Shown here: one piece after another, positions 27,447-42,643 of the stretch
How positions within the stretch are numbered: position 1 is the first letter of the stretch
How the letters are laid out: each line of letters starts with the position of its first letter
NCBI GenBank assembly: GCA_951406725.2
Contig: OX597823.1
Span: 20,956,001 to 21,020,000 of the forward strand
Reading direction: 5' to 3'
DNA from: Octopus vulgaris
Lineage: Eukaryota
Length of the DNA: 64,000 nucleotides
Notes under the pieces: model-generated
What the model saw: the letters and a program-made list of their open reading frames with translations, nothing else
What the model was told of the DNA's origin: nothing
Databases searched by the model: none
Position numbers and translations under genes: made by a program

Positions 27447-28719
27447 TCTATGTTTGACTTTTGCTTTATATTTGTACAAGTTGGCTCCAAGTCTCACCCA
27501 GAGACCTCAAGAGACAACAGGGTTGGAAGTTCATGTTGTTGTTATGCCTAGTGTGCCATATATTTGGGGGGTAGGGATGTTGTACTAATGAATGTCTAAA
27601 AAAAAAAAAGTAATTTTTTTTTTTTTTTTTTTAAAACGAAAATTATGTTTGTTTTAAACCTTGAGATTAAATAGAGAGTATTTTGGGTAGGATATGAGCA
27701 GTTCCCATGAGCACTATCTTTTGAACTTCTGCCATTTTGGGGTTTCCTGGTATCTGAGTTAGGTAGCTATCAGCCCCTTTTGCTATCATTCCCAGGGCAC
27801 CTATGACAACAGGTATTGTTTTAGTCTTCAGCTTCCACATTTTGCTGAGTTCTATTTCAAGATCTTTATATTTGCTCAGTTTTTGGTAGGTCTTGACAGA
27901 TACGTTTATATCGATTGGGACAGTCATATCAATGAGGAGGCATGTTCTTTGTTTGAAGTCTTTCAATATGATGTCTGGCCTATTTGCATCTATCTTCCTG
28001 TCAGTTTGAATGGTGAAGTTCCAGAGGAGTGAGATGTGGTCATTTTCAAGCACTGGGGGTGGTTTGTGTTCCCACCAGTTTTTTTCATGGGGCAAATCCA
28101 GGTTTTTACAGATTACCCAGTGAATATATTGTGCAGCTCTATCGTGCCTGTTGAGATACTCTGTAGGCGCTAGAAGACTGCACTTGGAGACCACATGGTC
28201 AATGGTTTCATTTTGTTGCTTGCATACACGACACGTTGGACTGCTTCTGATCTTTAATATGTTGGCCTGGTAGTTTCTTGTTGGTAGGCATTGATCTTGA
28301 GCTGCTATGATAAACCCCTCTGTTTCAGATTTTAAGCCAGAGGCCATTAGCCATTGATGGGTCAGGGCTTTGTCGATATCTGCATTATTCGCTCTCTTTG
28401 GGTATTTGCCATAGAGAGGTTTTTCTTGCCATTTATTATTCAGAATATCTAAGGCCGCAGTTTTGGCACGGGTTTTCATGCGCCTAGCTTTTTCTGTGCT
28501 TGTTTCTTGTATATCTATCTCTAATTCCGAAATTGGTTGTATTCGGAATTCACTTAGATATACCTTTGCCTGTTTTGTGACTGAGTATGATGCTTTCTTG
28601 TTTTCATGTTTTGAGACAAGTTTTAACATCCAGTCCTCAGAGTTTTTCAGGTAGGTGTCTAGGCCAATTGTAGCAATCTTCATTGTTATTGCCAGTTGCA
28701 AAAGACCACGGCCTCTCAA
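27447..28719 (-). mobile_element. 5'-truncated R4/Dong retrotransposon; intact 350-codon ORF (27667-28719) plus 3' UTR
   Basis: GRGL, LKSETEGFIIAAQDQ, CRVC..HVVSKC zinc knuckle, RHD, RPDII..LIDMTVP..K; (TAA)n on both sides. Confidence 0.92.
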
Positions 28720-28799
<80 letters not shown>

Positions 28800-28831
28800 C
28801 ATTATTGTTATTATCATCATCATCATCATCA

Positions 28832-28901
<70 letters not shown>

Positions 28902-28959
28902 CATTATATTATCATCATTATTATTATTATTATTATTATTTACTATTGTCATGTTATTT

Positions 28960-29265
28960 TGATGGGTATGCTGGAAATTGTCACCAGACTAAGGTGACGC
29001 TTGTTTAATGATTATACTTCAAGAACCCTGCGGAGAATTCTTGCATTTCCAAGCAGTGATTATATTTATAGGTCTTCTCTCTTTACATTTGTACCTATGT
29101 TTTTGAGCCATGTTGGCAGTTGCGTGCTGATACTTCCAAGCGCACCAATTACTATGGGTCTCACGTCCACTCTCTTCATTGCTCACATCCAGCGTATTTC
29201 CCACTTCAAACCGTCATAGTTGTTTATTTTTTGTTCATTCAATTTGATTCTTTTGGCGATTATCA
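28960..29265 (-). mobile_element. R4/Dong RLE C-terminal fragment (another subfamily)
   Basis: Minus strand VRPIVIGALGSIS...LLGNARILRRVLEV; between TAA arrays. Confidence 0.7.
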
Positions 29266-29270
29266 TGCTA

Positions 29271-29342
<72 letters not shown>

Positions 29343-29499
29343 ACTGATGTTTCACACAACGCACAACAGATTATACAATTGGAAAAGAAGAATTCCTAAC
29401 ATCGAGTAACAAGTAACTTTAGATGCCAAAATCCCTCCTGAATATTTTAGCTTTCCATAATAACACTGTTTTTTGGAGCTGTACTGAACTAGATTTTTA

Positions 29500-30100
29500 T
29501 GCTTATTTCCTCTATCCATGTGTTCAAAATATTTATTTCCATTTCACTTCTCAGAACTCTCGATCTCACATGCTTCGGTTGATTCTGTAAGAGTGGACAG
29601 CAACCTGTTGGCAAAGGTCTCACAGACTTCCTTTCCACCATACTTACTAGCCAAGTCCTCGCTGTGAACAATTAAACAGCTTTCTGATCATGTTTTACTC
29701 TCAAGTTAATCTCAATTCCTCATACAAATTTCTCAAACCTGATTGTAAATATACTCTGCGTACCAACAGCTGCCGGGATGGCATTTTCTTCATTGCGCAC
29801 ATTTGTGCTATTTCATCTTTTAGTGGCTTGTACCTCTCAATCTTTGTCACCCACTCATACACCACCATGTTTGTTAATATCTATGATCATAGTTTCTTTC
29901 ATCCTTATATCCACTACAACAATGTCTGGTCTCCGAGCATCAGTCACAAAGACACACTGGATTGTAAAATCGTATATGATCTTACACACATTATTCTCGG
30001 TGATGCTCCAGTGTACTTTAACGGCCAAAAGGAATTCGTGCACTGCAAGACAAATTACCTTGCGCGATTTGTTCCAGCACTTTACTCCATTCTTACCGAA
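29500..30100 (-). mobile_element. Degenerate R4/Dong RLE fragment
   Basis: ITENNVCKIIYDFTIQC..RRPDIVVVD..TMIIDI, KIERYKPLKDEI. Confidence 0.7.
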
Positions 30101-30717
30101 GCCGAATTGATTCTCCGTCTTTCTTGGGTCGGTAAAATAAAGTATTAGTCAAATACTAGGTTCGATTTTGGGGCAGGGTGATACTCTCTCAAAATGTCAA
30201 GTCTTGTGCTTATAGGGGAAAGAAAGGATGAATAAATATCAAGAAAAATACTCCGTAAAATTTGTTCCGGATCTTTACACTCCCAATTAAATTTAACCAA
30301 AGTCAACTTTGTCTTTTATCCTTCAAGGATCGATGAAACAGTAACACTCAAGTATTCCGCTCCCACAAATCTCATGCTTTGAGCCTATGTTAGAAATAAT
30401 TATTATAATTTGCTTTATGCTTCCTTTACGTTTGCACGTATACATGCATGCACACATACACTCACATATTTGTATAAGTATGTATATATAGAAAGAGAGA
30501 GAGGGGGGCGAGAGGGAGCAAGGCAAATGTAACACTTACCCTCAAAAGTAAATTGTGATATCATTACTGCATTATATTATCTGTGTTAGAACCTTTGACA
30601 TATGACTAATGATATGAGAACACGAGTTCCTCGCTGCGTTTTCGTAAAAGATAAACAGTCGCTTTCACGCACACACACTCATACAAAACAAAGGTAAACC
30701 AAACATACTACATAATA

Positions 30718-31579
30718 CAGTGATCTCACGTTTATCGCGGTAGATTGGTTCCGAAACCGGCCGCGATAACTGAATTTCTGCGAAGTAGGGACACCATATT
30801 TACAGTATTTAATTAACATATGTTTGGACTTTTAAAACCCTCCCTGTACTGTTAACAACCCACCCATTACAGTAGTCTATTAATAACAAGGACAACTGTT
30901 AAGCAATAACACTTTAGATTTTAAAAAATAAATATTCTTACTGTACTCAACACGAAAGAAGTTGAAGTAAAATCAGAATGATGATGGTGATAAATTTGCT
31001 GTGCAGTAGAAATGATGATGATGAAGCTGATGGTGGAGCCCTTTCCTGGGACACCTCTTCTACTTCTTCCGAAGTGCAACCATAGTAGTAGCAGCAGGAA
31101 CTGGCTCTTTTTTTGCGAGGCTGCAAAAACATTGTGATAGGAAGTTGCTGTCGCTGCTTCTTTTTCCGTTCAAATTGCATCTTGTAGGGATTCATGACAT
31201 CATCGACCTTGTTGCAAAATTGCACAGACCGAACTATATCGTCGTCCCCTTCATGTGACCTCTCTTTCAATTCTTTAGCCAGGTTGCAGAGCTTGGCCAG
31301 CCGTCCCGAAAACAAGCCAGTTTGGTCGACAACTTCTTCCATTTCTAGCTGCGTTTCTTCTTCGTTTTCTTCTTCGTTTTCTTCGTCTTCTTCTTCGACT
31401 TCTTCTTCGTCTTCTTCTTCTTCTTCTTCTTCTTCTTCTTCTTCTTCTTCTTCTTCTTCTTCTTCTTCTTCTTCTTCTTCTTCTTCTTTCTTCGCTGGCC
31501 GACTTCGTCAAGTCTTCGCGGTCTGCGTCGGTTAGCGGCTGGGAGTGACAGTCTAATAATGCGTCGGTGTCTCCAAGTC

Positions 31580-31631
<52 letters not shown>

Positions 31632-31689
31632 AAATTCGCGAAGTCGTGAATCCGCGATAGTTGAACCGCGAAGTAGCGAGGGATCACTG
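30718..31689 (-). mobile_element. Tigger/pogo-like non-autonomous DNA transposon with transposase C-terminal remnant
   Basis: TIRs cagtgatc...tcgcgg, TA TSD at 30716-17 and 31690-91, empty site in the paralog at ~34330; ORF 30947-31342 contains KKKQRQQLPITMFL. Confidence 0.88.
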
Positions 31690-31905
31690 TATGAGTTTTT
31701 ATTATATCTTTACTATGGATGTTATTCTCGAAATTAAAAACTTTGACTACTCTATTCTATATACTTCGGTGTCACTTGAAAATTCGACTTGAAAACATTT
31801 TTCAATCCATGGGAGTAGATTGTCCATATCACGTATGTTTGTGATACCAGATCTCCTGATTTGAGAGTATGTACCTACAGACACACACAAACTCACGTAT
31901 ATATG

Positions 31906-31958
<53 letters not shown>

Positions 31959-31960
31959 GC

Positions 31961-32383
31961 TATAAATAAGGGCAAACGAAAAAAATTTCTAATGCCAAAT
32001 ATGCCGAAATTGGACACCTTAACCATAACCATATAATTTTTCACAATACGCACGCTACTCAAAGAAAGTCGACGGAAATTTCTAAAAAATTCCATTATTA
32101 CCATATCAGACCGATTTCAGGGTTAGTTCATAAGAATCCTCCCTCGTCAGTGATAAATCTGGCAAAGAAATAAATGGGATACTTACTCATACCCATAGAA
32201 GAAGCAAACACTAAGTCATGAGCACAATTAAGTATCCCAAATGGTAATGATGGAATTTTTTAGAAATTTCTGTCGACCTTTTTTGAGTAGCGTGCGTATT
32301 GTGAAAAATTATATCGTTATGGATAAGGTGTCCAATTTCGGTATATTTGGCATTAGAATTGTTTTGGTTTGCCCTTATTTATA
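31961..32383. repeat. Inverted repeat, ~143-bp arms (31961-32104 / 32241-32383), around a hammerhead motif
   Basis: Arms align in reverse complement with scattered substitutions; (TA)n arrays on both flanks. Confidence 0.9.
32104..32155 (-). ncRNA. Minimal type I hammerhead ribozyme motif
   Basis: tatca-CTGACGA-ggg...cct-GAAA-tcgg-TC-tgata; 5-bp perfect stem I, GUC triplet. Confidence 0.75.
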
Positions 32384-32473
32384 AGTAGTTTATAAATTTA
32401 ACCTTTAAAGGTATTTTTTAATATGCTGGCCATTGATAAAAAAAATTTTTTTCGAAAAAAATTTATCCTACAT

Positions 32474-34097
<1,624 letters not shown>

Positions 34098-34184
34098 CTC
34101 ACTCTACTAGTCTAGTTCTAGAAAGATATGGCGAAGCATTCACGCCAACTCTCTTACTATTCTGACAATCTGCGACCCTACGTT

Positions 34185-34411
34185 TTATTATCTGTGTTAG
34201 GCTCTTGACATATGAGTACTGATATGAGAGCAGGAGTTCATCGCTGCGGTTTCGTAAAAGATAAACAGTAGTTCCCTCAAGCACACACACTCATACAAAA
34301 CAAAGGTAAACCAAACATACTTCCATAATATGAGTTTTTATTATATTCAGGTTACTATATTTATTATGGATGTTATTCGCGAAATTAAAATCTTGGACTA
34401 CTCTATTCTAT
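34185..34411 (+). repeat. Diverged direct duplicate of 30575-30717 + 31692-31761
   Basis: Shared tatctgtgttag...cacactcatacaaaacaaaggtaaaccaaacatact...tgagtttttattatat...gactactctattctata. Confidence 0.85.
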
Positions 34412-35293
34412 AGATTGACGCAACTTCATATATTTTGAGAGAACAGGTAGATAATTAGAGCGATTACGGTACATGACTGGCATTTTATTTTATCGATTCG
34501 AAAACGTATTAATTATAAAAGAAAGATAACCTCAGATAGACTGAACTCTAAACCCCTATGTTGCAAATAAATACACCTATTACTTTTGTCTTACACTCTA
34601 CCGATTCAGCCAAATACAGTAACAAAAGAATTAGAATCGTAATAACATCCCAATGCAATGTGCAAGCGAAACAATGAATGAGGCTGTGAATTCTAATTAT
34701 ATAGCATAGTGGCTTCCCTATCGTTATATGTTAACAGATTTAAATAGCAACATCCATGAATTGATACAAAATTCGAGTGGGTGTGAAGCATTAGCAACAT
34801 ACAACTGCTTCTCTTCTAATTTGCATTCTCTTTGTGTAATGGAAAGATAGAAAGGTATGCCCTGTTTTGTTAATTATTTCTAAACAAAACACACAGGACA
34901 CTGAGCAGCTCAATGATACTTGAATATGTTATTTCTTCATTGTTAGAATATTTCCCACCGATTCATATAGAAAGTTCCTGTGGTGTTTGGAATATCTCTC
35001 CAGGCAAGTGCAATGCTTCTTATCAATACACGAAGTTTGTATTAAAAATGGAACTTAAAACAAATGAGGTTTCGCGATAGGTGTCAATAAATTGATGCAC
35101 CTGTGGGTCTTCCCAAAATATATGTCATATATATATATATATAATCTTTCTCTTTCGAGCATTCGAGGGGGATAAACAATAAGCGAACAGCTACAATATA
35201 CACAGATATATATTTAACACACACACATATGTTTGTATAGACGCATATATATATATATATACACGTATATATACGTACGTATATTCGCATATA

Positions 35294-35842
35294 CAGGGTG
35301 TTCCAAAAGAAACAGTGCAGTAGGAATATGCTAATAACCCAAAGAAACAAAACTCACAGAAAAATACTATTTATTGCAAATATTCACAAATTCAATACCT
35401 TATCAACTAAAGTACGATTGAGGATTGACTCGTGCAGTAAGATATGATCTACAATAACTGTTGAAAGTGTGCGCCATTCACCTGCAGACATAAACGAGCG
35501 CGACGCTGCGTGTTTTGAAAAACACACTCAAGTTCATCAGGTTTGATGTTTTGAATAACACTTGTTATTTTCTGCTTCAGTTCATCCGTAGTTCGAGGAT
35601 TGTCTGCATACACTGAGTCTTTCAATTTGCCCCACAAATAAAAGTCAGGAGGTGTTAAATCCGGTGATCGAGGTGGCCACAAACCACGAGAGATCACACG
35701 ATCCCCAAAGACATCACCAACTGCAGCCATACTGACACGAAAACATTTTCAACTATAAATATCCTTTCTTGTGTTCAGTGCACTGTTTCTTTATGTATAC
35801 CTATGAAAATGTTCAGTGCACTGTTTCTTTTGGAACACCCTG
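35294..35842 (-). mobile_element. Tc1/mariner-superfamily internally deleted transposon with transposase C-terminus (35449-35730)
   Basis: 26-bp perfect TIR cagggtgttccaaaagaaacagtgca, TA TSD; WPPRSPDLTPPDFYLWGKLKDSVY. Confidence 0.92.
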
Positions 35843-35853
35843 TATATATATAT

Positions 35854-35930
<77 letters not shown>

Positions 35931-36602
35931 CATATATATATACACCGTGCGTACACACACACACAAATAGACATGTGTACGTGTGTGTGTGTGTGCGTGT
36001 TTTATAAAATTGTCCAATACAGAACTATAGAGTGTAATAACTTTATTCACAGTCTGTTTCAATTATTTACTTCATCAATAAGTAAAACGAGCAAGATAAA
36101 GTTCCTGCACACTTTGAAATTTCGAATACCGAACAGTGGAACAGAAAGATAACAGGAAGAAAGATAGTTTCCAAACTACTGCTGTAGAAGAAGTCTAAAA
36201 TTAGCTGCATAGAAGTAGCATTTTCGCAGTAAGATGGAAATGAGTTGAATACTAAGTACACCAGATTCCAAACCAAAGATATAAATTGTAAAATAAACGT
36301 GTATATATATATATATATGTGTATGTGTGTGTGTGTGTATGTGTGTGTGTGTGTGGTGTATGTGTTTGCATGATGTATGCATGTACGTATGTATGTATGT
36401 GTGTGTGTGTGTGTATATATATATATAGAGAGAGAGAGATAGATACATACATACATACATACATACATACATACATGCATTCATATATATATACAGAGAG
36501 AGAGAGAGCGGGAGGGAAAGATATATAGATAAATAGATAGATAGATACGTAGATATATAGATTGATAGATATATAGATAGATACATAGATATGTAGATAG
36601 AT

Positions 36603-36675
<73 letters not shown>

Positions 36676-37216
36676 CATACATACATACATACATACATAC
36701 ATACATACATACATACATACATACATGCATACATACATACATACATATAGATAGATAGATGGATAGTTAGATTAGATGTATAGACGTCGACTTGCTGATA
36801 CAATAAATCTGTGTGATATGATAAATAATAATGATATCGATAACCATTCTTTCGTTGATATAAAGTAATCGATATTTATGAGTAGAAAGTCGTCAATTTC
36901 CTTGACATCCATACGTTAATTGTGTTTATCTTTTATAGCTTGGAATTTCACCTCAGCAAGTAAATTGACATAATTAAATACCTCTAGATTTGCCGGTGTA
37001 TCACACCAACAATATCATCAACAAAAATAACAACATCAAAAACAACGGCCACATCATGAATAACGTCAGCAACAACAACAACAACAACAACAATAATAAT
37101 AATAACAATAATAATAATAACAATAATAATAATGATGATGATGATGATGATGATAATAATTAAAAATAATAAAAATAAAAATAATAATAATAATAATGAT
37201 AATAATAATAATAATG

Positions 37217-37287
<71 letters not shown>

Positions 37288-37288
<1 letters not shown>

Positions 37289-39082
37289 CCTCAGAAAATA
37301 TAAACATCAACTGTGGAATTTTTCAAGGTGACTCACTTTCACCTTTAATATTCTGCATAGCCCTAATACCCCTTACAAGTGAATTAAACAGAATAGGGTA
37401 TGGGTATAAAATTGCCAATAAAAAAATAAGCCATCTATTTTATATGGATGACCTAAAACTTTATGGTAAAGACAATAATGAACTTGAAGGCCTATTGCGC
37501 ACCGTGAAAGCATTCAGCGATGACATCGGGATGGAGTTTGGACTTGAGAAGTGTGCCAAGGCCACTTTCCAGAAAGGGAAAGTGAAGACCACAAATTCAG
37601 TCGTGTTAGATGTTGACACAGTCATAAGAGAGCTTGAGCAAGAACAAACATACAAATATTTAGGGATAAATGAAGGCTCTGGTATTCAGCATGCAAGCAT
37701 GAAAGAGAAAATCAGGAAGGAATGTTATAGGAGAGTTCGTGCAGTCCTGAAATCTGAACTAAATGCACGTAACAAGGTGTTAGCTATAAATTCCTTAACA
37801 GTTCCAGTTGTTACTTATAGCTACAATGTGTTGAACTGGAATATGAGTGAAGTAAAGAATATAGATAGAAAAATACGCAAGCTGCTGAGTTGTAATAGGA
37901 TGCACCACCCAAAGGCAGACGTAGATCGCCTTTACCTTCCCAGAGCCCAAGGAGGTCGAGGCCTGATCCAATTTGAACTAGCTTACAAAACGATCACAAT
38001 TGGACTGGCCAAATATCTCGAAATATCGAATGACTGGATGCTAAAGCTCGTGGAAAATCACGAGACGAAAGAAGCTTCATTCTATCATAAAGGAAAGCAA
38101 AAAATTTGCTATTGATCTCGTGCAGGATACCCAAACTGAACAACCCGAGGGAAGTACGGCAACTATTGTTGCAAAGAAGGTGAAAATGATGGCAATGAAG
38201 AAAGCGCACGAGCAATTGGCTGATAGGCGGGAGGAGAAACCTCTGCACGGCAAATATGTGACCCGCAGCAAACAAGCTGATGTTGACCAGAAGCAAACCC
38301 ATCAGTGGCTACGGAGCTCAGGGCTAAAAGCAGAGAGCGAAAGTTTCATCCTGGCTGCTCAAGATCAAAGCCTATTAACCCGGAACTACCAGGCCAATGT
38401 GATGAAAAATGGGGCAGACCCAAAATGCCGATTCTGCAACGACATGATTGAAACAGTGGACCACCTAATCTCTGGATGTAAGGTCTTAGCACCAGTGGAG
38501 TATAAATTAAGACATGACAGAGTTGGCCAATATCTCCACTGGCTAATAAGTCGGCATTACAATATCAAAACTGCCGACAAGTGGTATAATCACCACCCTG
38601 AGGCTGTAACTGAAGGAGAAAATGTAACCATTCTGTGGGACTTTCCAGTACATACAGACCGAACCATCAAGGCCAATAAACCAGATATTGTTGTGAAAGA
38701 CCAAAACAATAAAGTTTGATTATTGATCGACATGAGCATCCCCTGTGATCATAATATCTCAGCGAAAGAGTTTGACAAGCTCAGAAAATATAAAAACCTA
38801 CTCATTGAAATTGAGAAAATGTGGCATCTCAAGGCGGTTACAATACCAGTGATCGTAGGAGCACTAGGAATGATCAAGAAGGGAACCGAAAATTATATGA
38901 GAATGATCCCTGGCTTACCATCCCTGCAAGAAGTGCAAAAGATTGTCTTAACTGGTACATCACACGTATTGAGAAGAGCATTGTCTATGTGAGAACTGTT
39001 GCTGCTCATGTATTTTAATTTAACTTAAAAAAAAAAAAAGAAAAAAGAGAACGAACTATTGAGTTTGGTTTAATGGCCTACC
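37288..39082 (+). mobile_element. 5'-truncated R4/Dong retrotransposon: RT, zinc knuckle and RLE, one frameshift (~38065) and one stop (38717)
   Basis: GIFQGDSLSP, YMDDLKL, YKYLG, RLYLPR..GGRGL, CRFC..HLISGC, RHD, KPDIV..IDMSIP; starts directly after (TAA)n. Confidence 0.93.
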
Positions 39083-39520
39083 AATACCACAGATTTGCTT
39101 GTCAGTTGTTTGACCTTAACCAGTTGAGCATGTCCCTTAGTGGCTGACAATATGTGCATCTCTGATCGCAAGCAGAAGTAGTTGGGGAGCATCATAGCCA
39201 TGTGTCGAGAGGGATTCTTTGGGGTTTGAATAATTCACCTCTGGAAACATGGGCCTTTCGTTCAACATCCTTAAGCAACCATTATTCAGGGACCGTTTGA
39301 GCGGGATTGGTTACTCAATCAGAAGAAAATTCTAACTGGGTTCCACCTGCAAGGACTTGCACTGTTTATCTTGATATGAGATCACTATGTTGCGCACGTA
39401 TGGTTGTGATGCATGTGCTTAGTGTATCCTTATCATACGGGTAGTCATGATGGGTATACTGGGCTTCGTATATTTTACCCAAGCGTCACTTTGATGGCAT
39501 TACACTGCTCTCTCACTCAA
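39083..39520 (+). mobile_element. 5'-truncated copy of the ~550-bp TAA-embedded element, fused to the Dong 3' UTR
   Basis: Matches ~55457-55893; ends ctctctcactcaataataat. Confidence 0.85.
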
Positions 39521-39533
39521 TAATAATAATAAC

Positions 39534-39586
<53 letters not shown>

Positions 39587-39594
39587 TAATAATG

Positions 39595-39646
<52 letters not shown>

Positions 39647-39656
39647 CGACGACGAC

Positions 39657-39688
<32 letters not shown>

Positions 39689-40129
39689 GGATGATGATGA
39701 TGATGATGATGATGATAATGATGATGATGATGATGATGATGATATTGTCTGAAAAATATGAAAAACTGGAAAGCATCACTGTATACGATTTCATAGTTAT
39801 AGTCTAAATGTTCAATGACACATGAATTCATTGCAGAAAAATTAATGAGATGCAAACGGAGGCAGAAACCACACTTGACTTGCTCACTGAGGAAAAGAAA
39901 AAAAAAACATTTTTTTTTCATATCTGAACTAACCACATAACCTCAAAACTGCAAGCAGTTTTGCAGTCAGAGGCAAAAAATAGAAGTTCTATAAAAGAAA
40001 CAAATTCGCTTTAGAATACCGTATGGATACACCTCTCCACTCTCTGCATGGTACTAATGCCTTTCACTGTTAAGTTTAACGGATCTGCACTCGAGTAAAA
40101 ATTCCAAAAAGAAGTACTGTTTTGTATTC

Positions 40130-40447
40130 GGATAATCAGAAGTTGTATGTCGCAAATAATAAACAACTAAAACACTACTATAAAAATGGATTTATATAGA
40201 AGAAATCGATATGAGATTTGGTTTAGTAAAACGAACCAAAGCAATTTGGAACAGAGGAAAATGGGTGAAGAACTCTATTATCTTACAGGATAAAGAAAAT
40301 GAGATCAGAGAATTAGACCAAACACAACTGTATGAATATTTAGGGGTCAATGAAAATCTATGTGCAACCATACATAAATTAAGCCAAAGATTGGGAACGA
40401 ATATTATAGACGCATCTGATTACAGCTTAAACCAGAGCTAAATGCAA
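40130..40447 (+). pseudogene. Degenerate R4/Dong RT fragment
   Basis: MRFGLVKRTKA...IRELDQTQLYEYLGVNE resembles MEFGLEKCAKA...IRELEQEQTYKYLGINE of the 37288 element. Confidence 0.65.
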
Positions 40448-40572
<125 letters not shown>

Positions 40573-40742
40573 GAGAACTGTTGCTGCTCATGTATTTTAA
40601 TTTAACTTAAAAAAAAAAAATGAACGAACTACTGAGTTTGGTTTAATGGCCTACCATTGTATACTATGAGTTTCTTTGCCCTAGGAGTCGGGAAGACACT
40701 CGGCAAGAAATGGAAGCAAATTTGAAAGAAGAAATAAAAGTA
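40573..40742 (+). mobile_element. Solo 3' UTR stub of the 37288 Dong family
   Basis: Matches 38991-39082 and continues to (TAA)n. Confidence 0.85.
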
Positions 40743-40761
40743 ATAATAATAATAATAATAT

Positions 40762-40929
40762 ATTTTTTTTAATCTATGTATTAGACATCCACTAGTACAA
40801 CACCAAAAAACCCAAATATATGGCACACTAGACATAACAACAACGTGAACTTCCAACCTGTTGTCTCTTGAGGTCTCTGGGTGAGACTTGGAGCCAACTT
40901 GTACAGACATAAAGCAAAAGTCAAACATA

Positions 40930-40932
<3 letters not shown>
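40762..40932 (+). mobile_element. Solo 3' UTR stub of the 27447 Dong family
   Basis: Reverse complement of ~27447-27600. Confidence 0.85.
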
Positions 40933-40981
<49 letters not shown>

Positions 40982-40982
40982 C

Positions 40983-41091
<109 letters not shown>

Positions 41092-41120
41092 TGATAATAA
41101 TAATAATAATAATAATGATG

Positions 41121-41160
<40 letters not shown>

Positions 41161-41195
41161 TAATAATAATAATAATAATAATAATAATCATAATA

Positions 41196-41254
<59 letters not shown>

Positions 41255-41358
41255 GGTAGTGGTGGTGGTGGTGGTGGTGGAGGTGGTGGTGATGGTGGTG
41301 GTGGTGGTGGTGGTGATGATGATGATGATGACGATGATGATGATGACAACGATGATTA

Positions 41359-41394
<36 letters not shown>

Positions 41395-42236
41395 TGATGA
41401 TGATGATGATGATGATGATGATAATAATGTATAAATAATGGAATTAATATCAATACTTTAGCCGAATGAGTACTAAGTTAAAGTTATAATTCTCTCGACT
41501 GAATTCTAAATGAAGTAGCAAGACTAGACAGGAAAGCAAAGACATTAATTATTGCATTTACAATCCCCCACCAGCATTAGAGAGTTTATAATTGCCAAGT
41601 TGTAATGGTCTTTTACGCTAAAATATCTAGTGTGGGACTACAAACGTATCGAGAACAGAACCATAGAAAATAGAAATAACCACGAACGACAAACAATAAA
41701 CAAAAGTTTTCTCAGCTGAAGAAAGCCACGAAACAGAAATACAAAACAATTATGATGAAAAAGGAGAAAAATCTACAAATATTGTTAAAAAAAAATCTAA
41801 TCTAATGTTGATTAAAAAATGGCGGTGCCCGAACATGGCCACAGCTTGTGAGCTGAAACTAGATAAAATAAAATTAAATTAAATTAAATTTAAAAAATCT
41901 ATAACTGAGGCCACAAAATGATACAATGAAGTGTTGGGGAGAAAATCTAAAGAATAAAAGTAGACAAAGAAACCTCCATGGCCATGAAAGACGAATACTG
42001 ACTGAGAAGTGCTAGGGTCAAAACAGAAGCCGAAGAATTCTTGACCCTTACAGACGTTCAACGTTCCTCAGCAGGAAACAGCGAGGATGTACGATGACAG
42101 GGAATACAATAACTCAAGAGTAGGTAAATATCGAGGAAGAAGCAATTGACCATAATGTTTCTAACTGTCCTGTCTTGACCAATACAGAATACATTTACAC
42201 GCATGAGAGAACAGGGACTTACACAGAACAAATGTT

Positions 42237-42643
42237 TTTCTTTTCTACCCAAAGCAGAAGGCCCGAAAGTTTTGGGGAGGGGGCCAGTCGATTAGATCGA
42301 TTGCAGTACGCAACTGGTACTTAATTCATCGACCTTGAAAGGATGAAAGGCAAAGTCGACCTCTGCGGAATTTGAACTCAGAACATAAAGACAGACAAAA
42401 TACCTATTTGTTTTATTACCCACAAGGGGTTAAACACAGACACAGAGGGGACAAACAAGGACAGACATACGTATTAAGTCGATAATATCGACCCCAGTGC
42501 GTAACTGGTACTTAATTAATCGACCCCGAAAGGATGAAAGGTAATGTCGACCTCGGCGGAATTTGAACTCAGAACATAAAGACAGACAAAATACCGCTAA
42601 GCATTTCGCCCGGCGTGCTAACGTTTCAGCCAGCTCACCGCCT
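42237..42643 (-). mobile_element. SINE family A dimer (tail 1 unit then tail 2 unit)
   Basis: Junction ...aata|ggtattttgtctg at ~42404; imperfect TSD agaacaaa.gtt at 42225 and 42647. Confidence 0.85.

Noticed and set aside
36040-36085. Minus-strand ttgatga...gaaacagactgtg hammerhead-like motif
   Set aside because: U3 without A8, no stem I pairing and a non-cleavable triplet; at most a decayed relic.
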